From Gemmatimonadales bacterium (GTDB taxonomy: Bacteria; Gemmatimonadota; Gemmatimonadetes; Palauibacterales; Palauibacteraceae): DNA of 43,932 bases. The DNA lies in assembly GCA_030636765.1 (NCBI GenBank), contig DAOVWI010000003.1:1-43932 (forward strand), written 5' to 3'. Positions 38,321 to 43,932 of this stretch are shown piece after piece (the first letter of the stretch is position 1; the number at the start of each line of letters is the position of its first letter). The notes beneath the pieces are model-generated. The model saw only the letters and a program-made list of their open reading frames with translations, ran no database searches and was not told where the DNA came from. Made by a program: the position numbers and the translations under genes.

Positions 38321-38992
38321 TTACTCCTCGCCGACCTCGCTTTCGATGAGGGGGACGAAGCGCGCGCCCTCCACCGCTTCCCGCTCGAGCTCACCGTCCA
38401 CCTTCCTGTAGCGGTAGATGGTCTGTAGGCCGTAGCCGCCGACCGGGGCGACGATCACGCCGCCGGGGGCAAGCTGCTCGATCAGCGGGGGCGGCACGTC
38501 GGGTGCTCCCGCCGTGATGATGATCCGATCGAACGGCCCCTCCTCGGGCCACCCTTTGCTGCCATCCGCGACCCGCAGGCGCACGCGGTCGAGGTAGCCT
38601 GCCGCCGCGAGGTTTTCCCGGGCCAGCTCCGCGAGCTCGGGGATCCGTTCGATGGAGTAGACCTCCATCCCGCACGCGGCCAAGACGGCAGCCTGGTATC
38701 CGGATCCGGTGCCGACCTCGAGCACCCTGAGCCCCCGCTTCGGCTCGAGCACCTTGGTCATCAGGGCGACGATGTAGGGCTGGGAGATCGTCTGTCCGTG
38801 GCCGATGGGCAGCGCGTGGTCGCCGTACGCCTCGACGACGGATCGGGCGCGGACGAACTCGTGGCGCGGGACCTCGAGGAGCGCTCGCAGCAGCGGCTTC
38901 TCGGTAAGGCCGCGGGCGCGGATCTGACCCTCCACCATCTGCTTTCGCAGGCTGGCCGGCTCATCGGGCGCCCGGTTCCTGAACCACCTCAC
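38321..38992 (-). CDS. pcm: Protein-L-isoaspartate(D-aspartate) O-methyltransferase
   Basis: VPRHEFV, LPIGHGQTISQPYIVA, VLEVGTGSGYQAA, PFDRIIITAG, RFVPL. Confidence 0.96.
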   Translation of the reverse strand: MRWFRNRAPDEPASLRKQMVEGQIRARGLTEKPLLRALLEVPRHEFVRARSVVEAYGDHALPIGHGQTISQPYIVALMTKVLEPKRGLRVLEVGTGSGYQAAVLAACGMEVYSIERIPELAELARENLAAAGYLDRVRLRVADGSKGWPEEGPFDRIIITAGAPDVPPPLIEQLAPGGVIVAPVGGYGLQTIYRYRKVDGELEREAVEGARFVPLIESEVGEE

Positions 38993-39089
38993 GTAGCGGA
39001 TTCTCGATCTGGGGAACCGCCCCGAAGCGGCAGCCCGCCGAAGTCATCCAGGATAGCGAGCGATCGGCGAAACCCGCCTCGCGGCGTAG

Positions 39090-39119
39090 TTGCAGGCGCC
39101 TCCGCGGCGCCCGTAGCTT
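39090..39119 (+). promoter_or_regulatory. Putative promoter for a leaderless selD transcript
   Basis: TTGCAG (39090-39095), 18 bp, TAGCTT (39114-39119), 5 nt, ATG 39125. No Shine-Dalgarno. Confidence 0.5.
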
Positions 39120-39124
39120 CCCGC

Positions 39125-40177
39125 ATGAACACGCCCACGGCTGAAAGGGTCCGGCTCACTCAATATTCCCACGGCGCCGGCTGAGCGTGCAAGCTGGGTC
39201 CGGAGGACCTGCGGCACGTGCTGGGATTCGTGGAGCTGAGGGAGGACCCGAAGCTCCTGATCGGGCTGGAGACGCCCGACGACGCCGCGGTGTATCGGCT
39301 GGGGGAGGACCAGGCGATCGTCGCGAGCTTGGACTTCTTCGCGCCCGTGGTGGACGATCCGGCGGACTTCGGGGCGATCGCCGCGGCGAATGCCCTCAGC
39401 GATCTGTACGCGATGCGGGCGCGTCCCCTCTTCGCGCTCAACATCCTGGCGGTGCAGCTCGAACAGCTTGGGGGCGAAGTGGTCGGTGCGATTCTGCGCG
39501 GCGCGTCGGAGACCTGCGCCGAGGCGGGCATCTCGATCGCCGGCGGCCACTCCATCGACGACCCGGAACCGAAGTTCGGGCTGGTAGCGCTGGGCACCGT
39601 GAACCCCGAAACGCTCTGGAGGAAGTCGAGCGCCCGGCCAGGGAACGCGATCATCCTGGGAAAGGCTCTCGGGACCGGAGTCATCACGACCGGGCTCAAG
39701 CAAGGGACGGCCTCGCCGGGGTCCGTGGCGGCCGCCGTGGGCTCCATGCGACGGTTGAACCAAGAGGCTGCTGCCGTGCTCGCCCGGTACCGCGTGGATG
39801 CCGCCACGGACGTCACGGGCTACGGGCTCCTCGGCCACCTTGCGGAAGTCTGCCGTGCCTCGGGCGTGGCAGCTCGCGTGCGCGCCTCCGCGCCGGAGCT
39901 GCTGCCGGGCGCCATCGAGCTTGCCGCCGAAGGGATCCGGCCGGGCGGCACGGATCGGAACCGGCGCTGGGTGGAGGAGATCGTGACCTGGGCCGATTCG
40001 ATCGAGGAGGCGCGGCGGGTGCTGCTGTGCGATGCGCAGACATCGGGCGGGCTGCTGGCGTGCCTGCCCGAGGAGGAGGCGGAGTTGGCGGCCGACGAGC
40101 TCCGGGAAGCTGGGTACGCGGCGGCCGTCGTCGGGTCGATCGAGGAGGGAGAACCGCACATCTTCGTTGAGGAATGA
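39125..40177 (+). CDS. selD: Selenide, water dikinase (selenophosphate synthetase), selenocysteine-containing
   Basis: MNTPTAERVRLTQYSHGAG-[TGA 39182-39184]-ACKLGP continues in frame into the 39218..40177 ORF (DDAAVY, DFFAP, AANALSDLYAM, GGHSI, TDVTGYGLLGH, DAQTSGGLL). The UGA occupies the catalytic Cys/Sec position (GUxxK). Confidence 0.95.
39187..39217 (+). promoter_or_regulatory. Bacterial SECIS-like hairpin of selD
   Basis: GTGC-AAGCT-GGGTCC-GGA-GGACCT-GCG-GCAC immediately 3' of the UGA, with a G-containing apical loop about 17-20 nt downstream. Confidence 0.72.
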
Positions 40178-40178
40178 C

Positions 40179-40820
40179 GTGAGCTCCGAACTGCCCAACC
40201 TGACCATCATCGATCACCCGCTCCTGCGTCACAAGGTGTCCCTGCTCCGGGACGTGAGCACGGAGAAAAAGGAGTTCATGGAGCTGGTCGATGAGATCGC
40301 GATGCTCATGGCGTACGAGGTGACGGCCGACCTGGAGACGGAGGAGTACGAGGTCGAGACCCCTCTGGAGTACACCCGAGGCTACCGGGTGCGGGGGCGG
40401 AAGCTCACGCTGATTCCGATCCTCCGGGCGGGGCTCGGGATGGTGGAAGGGGTCATGCGCCTTCTGCCGACGATGCGGGTGGGGCACATCGGGCTCCAGC
40501 GGGAGCATGAAACGCTTCAGCCCGTGGACTACTACTTCAAGATTCCGCCGCACGCGCAGGAACGGCAGTTCATCGTGACCGATCCGATGTTGGCCACCGG
40601 GGGCTCGGCGAGCGCGGCGATCGCCTTCCTCAAGAACAGCGGTGCGCTGAGCATACGCCTCATGTGCATCGTGGCCGCGCCCGAGGGCGTCCGGAAGCTC
40701 CTGCACGATCACCCGGACGTTCCGGTCTTCACCGCGTCGTTGGACCGGGAGCTGAATGAGCACGGCTACATCCTTCCGGGGCTGGGCGACGCGGGGGATC
40801 GGCTGTTCGGTACGCTCTAG
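40179..40820 (+). CDS. upp: Uracil phosphoribosyltransferase
   Basis: IDHPLLRHKVSLLRD, PILRAGLGM, DPMLATGGSA, GYILPGLGDAGDRLFGT; GTG 1 nt after the selD stop. Confidence 0.96.
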   Translation: MSSELPNLTIIDHPLLRHKVSLLRDVSTEKKEFMELVDEIAMLMAYEVTADLETEEYEVETPLEYTRGYRVRGRKLTLIPILRAGLGMVEGVMRLLPTMRVGHIGLQREHETLQPVDYYFKIPPHAQERQFIVTDPMLATGGSASAAIAFLKNSGALSIRLMCIVAAPEGVRKLLHDHPDVPVFTASLDRELNEHGYILPGLGDAGDRLFGTL

Positions 40821-40930
40821 CGGGCGGCTGCGGCGGCCGGTCGAGCGGTCGCACGCGCGAGGGAGCATGCCCGCCGCCCAACCCCTCTATAGGTTGGAGT
40901 GCCCTTCTTCCCTCACGGCGACAAGGAGAA

Positions 40931-42337
40931 ATGACCATGACGTTGCGACCCGACCCCACGTTCTATCCCTCCCCACAGCTTGCCACAGAGGCCCCTCCCG
41001 AGGAGCTGGCCTATGTCGTTCTCCTGAGCCCCGACGGCACGCGGCCGGACGCGATGGCGGTCGTCGACGTTGACCCCGAGTCCTCGAGCTACGGGCAACA
41101 GGTCGGACAGACCGATATGCCGAACGTCGGCGACGAGCTGCATCACTTCGGTTGGAACGCGTGCAGCTCGCATCTCTGCCCCTGGGCATCGCACGCTCAT
41201 GTGGAGCGCCGGTTCCTCGTCGTGCCCGGGCTCAACTCCTCGCGGATCCACATCCTCGACACGAAGGGGGATCCGAGGAATCCAGAGATCGTGAAGGTGA
41301 TCGAGGCCGACGAGCTGGCGAGCAAGACGGGTTACGCGTCTCCGCACACGGTCCACTGCGGACCGGATCGGCTTTACATCAGCGCGCTGGGGGCGCCCGA
41401 CGGAGAAGGCCCGGGCGGGATCTTCACGATGGACCACGAGACGTTCGAGCTCGAGGGTGTCTGGGAGGCCGACCGCGGTCCCCAGTACCTGGCGTACGAC
41501 TTCTTCTGGCACCTGGGTCACGACGCGCTGATCACCAGCGAGTGGGGCACGCCGAGCATGGTGAAGGAAGGCGTGAATCCAGAGATCCTCCTGGCAGGCG
41601 GGTACGGGCACCAGATCCACGTGTTCGATCTCAAGTCGCGTCAGCACCGGCAGGCGCTCGATCTGGGCGCCGAGCAGCAGATGGTGCTGGAGCTCCGCCC
41701 CGCACACGATCCGCGCAAGGCGTATGGTTTTGCGGGAGTCGTCCTGTCGCTGGAAGACCTCTCGGCTTCGGTCTGGCTGTGGTACCTCGATGGGAACGGG
41801 GACGGCGAGTGGAAGACGAAGAAGGTGATCGAGATCCCGGCCGAGCCCGCGGACGCCGACAATCTGCCCGAGCTCCTCAAGGGCTTCGGCGCCGTCCCTC
41901 CGCTGATCACCGACATCAACCTCACTGTGGATGACCAGCAGCTGTACGTTGCGTGCTTCGGCACGGGCGATATGAAACAGTACGACGTGTCCGACCCGTT
42001 CGAGCCCATACTGACCGGCTCGGTGCGGATCGGGGGCATCGTCGAGCGAGCGGCCCACCCCAGGGCACCCGGCACGCCGCTGAACGGCGGGGCGCAGATG
42101 GTGGAGGTGAGCCGCGACGGCCGGCGGGTCTACTTCACCAACTCACTGTACTCGCCATGGGACGCGCAGTTCTACCCCGATGGAATCGATGGCTGGATGG
42201 TGAAGCTCGACGCGAATCCCTCAGGGGGCATCGCGTTCGACGAGCGCTTCTTCGCCACCTTCAGCGAGGGCCTGCGCCCGCATCAGGTCCGGCTACAGGG
42301 CGGTGATGCCTCCTCGGACTCGTTCTGTTTTTCCTAG
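40931..42337 (+). CDS. 56-kDa selenium-binding protein (SBP56/SELENBP1, methanethiol oxidase family)
   Basis: PDPTFYPSP, DELHHFGWNACSS, PHTVHC, YDFFWH, SEWGTP, LELRPAH, QMVEVSRDGRRVYFTNSLY, GGDASSD; AAGGAG ribosome-binding site; no signal peptide. Confidence 0.93.
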   Translation: MTMTLRPDPTFYPSPQLATEAPPEELAYVVLLSPDGTRPDAMAVVDVDPESSSYGQQVGQTDMPNVGDELHHFGWNACSSHLCPWASHAHVERRFLVVPGLNSSRIHILDTKGDPRNPEIVKVIEADELASKTGYASPHTVHCGPDRLYISALGAPDGEGPGGIFTMDHETFELEGVWEADRGPQYLAYDFFWHLGHDALITSEWGTPSMVKEGVNPEILLAGGYGHQIHVFDLKSRQHRQALDLGAEQQMVLELRPAHDPRKAYGFAGVVLSLEDLSASVWLWYLDGNGDGEWKTKKVIEIPAEPADADNLPELLKGFGAVPPLITDINLTVDDQQLYVACFGTGDMKQYDVSDPFEPILTGSVRIGGIVERAAHPRAPGTPLNGGAQMVEVSRDGRRVYFTNSLYSPWDAQFYPDGIDGWMVKLDANPSGGIAFDERFFATFSEGLRPHQVRLQGGDASSDSFCFS

Positions 42338-42406
42338 ACCTGTCTTCTTCGAGGCGAGGTGGGGTCCGCCCTCGGGCGGGCCCGACTCCTCTCGGCGGGC
42401 CGGCGG

Positions 42407-43075
42407 ATGAACCTGGAAACGGCGTGGCCATGGCTGGCCCTGCTCCTGCTCGGGTCGCTGCACGGCCTGAACCCTGGCATGGGTTGGCTGTTCGCCGTCG
42501 CGCTCGGACTTCAGGAGGAAGACCGGCGCGCCGTGTGGCGGTCCTTGCTCCCGCTCGGCCTGGGGCACGCGATCGCGATCGCCGTCGCGCTCGTGGCCGT
42601 CGGCCTCCTCGGTCTCGTCGTATCGCTCTCGGCGCTCAAGTGGCTGGTGGCGGCGATGCTCATCGGGATCGGCGCCTACAAGTTCGCGCGCCTGCGACAC
42701 CCGAAGTACGGCGGGCTGCGCATGTCGTTTCGCCAGCTCACGATCTGGTCATTCCTCATGGCGTCGGCGCACGGCGCGGGTCTCATGGTGCTTCCGATCG
42801 TGCTGGGCGCGGCCCCGGGCGCTGGCGCATCCACTGGACCTGGCACCCACTCGTCTCACGGGACGAGCTTTGCGGGGCTGCTCTCCGACGGGCAGCTGGC
42901 GGGCGTGATGGCGACCCTGGTCCACTCAGGAGCCTATCTTTTCGTGTGCGGCTTGATCGCCGTCATCGTATACGAGAAGCTGGGTCTGCGACTCCTCCGC
43001 TCGGCGTGGGTGAATCTCGACTCGATCTGGGCGATCACCTTGATTGCCACAGGCATTGCCACACTGCTGCTCTGA
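42407..43075 (+). CDS. His-containing multi-pass membrane protein downstream of SBP56
   Basis: About 6 TM helices with [39 protein letters not shown] and WVNLD. Confidence 0.8.
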   Translation: MNLETAWPWLALLLLGSLHGLNPGMGWLFAVALGLQEEDRRAVWRSLLPLGLGHAIAIAVALVAVGLLGLVVSLSALKWLVAAMLIGIGAYKFARLRHPKYGGLRMSFRQLTIWSFLMASAHGAGLMVLPIVLGAAPGAGASTGPGTHSSHGTSFAGLLSDGQLAGVMATLVHSGAYLFVCGLIAVIVYEKLGLRLLRSAWVNLDSIWAITLIATGIATLLL

Positions 43076-43076
43076 G

Positions 43077-43932
43077 ATGCTCGACCCACACGAGGCCCTC
43101 CACAAAGAGCTGAGCGACCGCTACGAGCTCCAGGACGTGCTGGGCGAGGGCGGTATGGGGACCGTCTACCTCGCCCGGGATAGGAAGCACGACCGGTCGG
43201 TCGCCATCAAGACCATCCATCCGGACGTATCGAGCGGGATCGGGCCAGAGCGCTTCGAGCGCGAGATTCGCGTTACCGCCAGCCTCCAACATCCGCACAT
43301 CCTTCCTCTGATCGATTCCGGCGTTGCCGGGGAAACCCTCTACTATGTCATGCCCCATGTGGAGGGTGAATCACTCCGAAACCGGCTGGCCAGAGATGAG
43401 CGACTCCGGATCGATGAGGCAGTGAGAATAGCCTCTGATGTCGCCGAGGGGCTGGAGTATGCCCACCGGAACGGCGTGATACACCGAGACATCAAGCCGG
43501 CCAACATCCTGCTCACGTCGGACTACGCGCTGATCGCGGACTTCGGGATCGCGGCTATTGCGGACGCGGGGGGTGGGGAGACGCTGACGCAGACCGGGCT
43601 GGCCATCGGCACGCCGGCATATATGGCGCCCGAGCAGTTTGCCGGAGTGGCGACGCCGCGCAGCGACCTTTACTCCCTGGGTGCCGTGATGTACGAGGCG
43701 CTGGCGGGGCGGCGCTGGAACCTTGGTGCGGGCGCCGAGAAGACCGACTGGATGGGCGTTCCTCCGGCGCTAAGGCTCGTGCTGCAAAGGGCGCTCAGCG
43801 TCGGTACCCCCTTCTACATGAGTCCCGAGCAGGCCATGGCGGACCGGGAGCTGAGTCCGCGAACCGACATCTACTCCCTGGGGTGTGTCCTCTACGAGAT
43901 GCTGGTCGGACACCCGCCATTCACGGCCGGCA
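43077..43932 (+). CDS. Hanks-type Ser/Thr protein kinase (runs off window; subdomains VIII-IX duplicated)
   Basis: Translated by hand because it is not in the ORF track: [40 protein letters not shown]...SDLYSLG, then again [10 protein letters not shown]...TDIYSLG. Confidence 0.92.
   Translation, partial: MLDPHEALHKELSDRYELQDVLGEGGMGTVYLARDRKHDRSVAIKTIHPDVSSGIGPERFEREIRVTASLQHPHILPLIDSGVAGETLYYVMPHVEGESLRNRLARDERLRIDEAVRIASDVAEGLEYAHRNGVIHRDIKPANILLTSDYALIADFGIAAIADAGGGETLTQTGLAIGTPAYMAPEQFAGVATPRSDLYSLGAVMYEALAGRRWNLGAGAEKTDWMGVPPALRLVLQRALSVGTPFYMSPEQAMADRELSPRTDIYSLGCVLYEMLVGHPPFTAG

Noticed and set aside
39182-39184. selD as a nonsense pseudogene
   Set aside because: The TGA falls exactly on the catalytic Cys/Sec codon and is followed by a SECIS-like hairpin; the rest of the gene is intact.

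Overview
A GC-rich bacterial chromosomal segment, mostly housekeeping and envelope genes. Gene content and kinase style suggest Gemmatimonadota, which is my inference and was not checked against a database. In order: patatin tail; TetR-MFP-RND efflux operon with a triple operator; a DUF3604 gene bracketed by two inverted ~135-bp palindromic repeats; BNR/sialidase-like lipoprotein; GGDEF cyclase; TlpA; TonB-dependent receptor with an MsbA-like ABC exporter; ctaA; tnaA; thiolase; gltX-tadA; NhaC-family transporter; pyrR-pyrB-pyrC; rpsT; site-2 protease-scpA-scpB-rluB; an uncharacterised Rossmann-fold protein; a MoxR/DUF58/Bat VWA operon; pcm; selD; upp; SBP56 with a membrane partner; and a truncated Ser/Thr kinase. 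Four features stand out. (1) The DUF3604 cassette has paired hairpin elements with crossed 7-bp flanks and no recombinase in the window. (2) selD has an in-frame UGA (selenocysteine) and a SECIS-like hairpin that the ORF track missed. (3) An SBP56/methanethiol-oxidase-family module lies two genes downstream of selD. (4) The kinase carries two different copies of subdomains VIII-IX in frame. I saw no rRNA, tRNA, CRISPR array, transposase or integrase.
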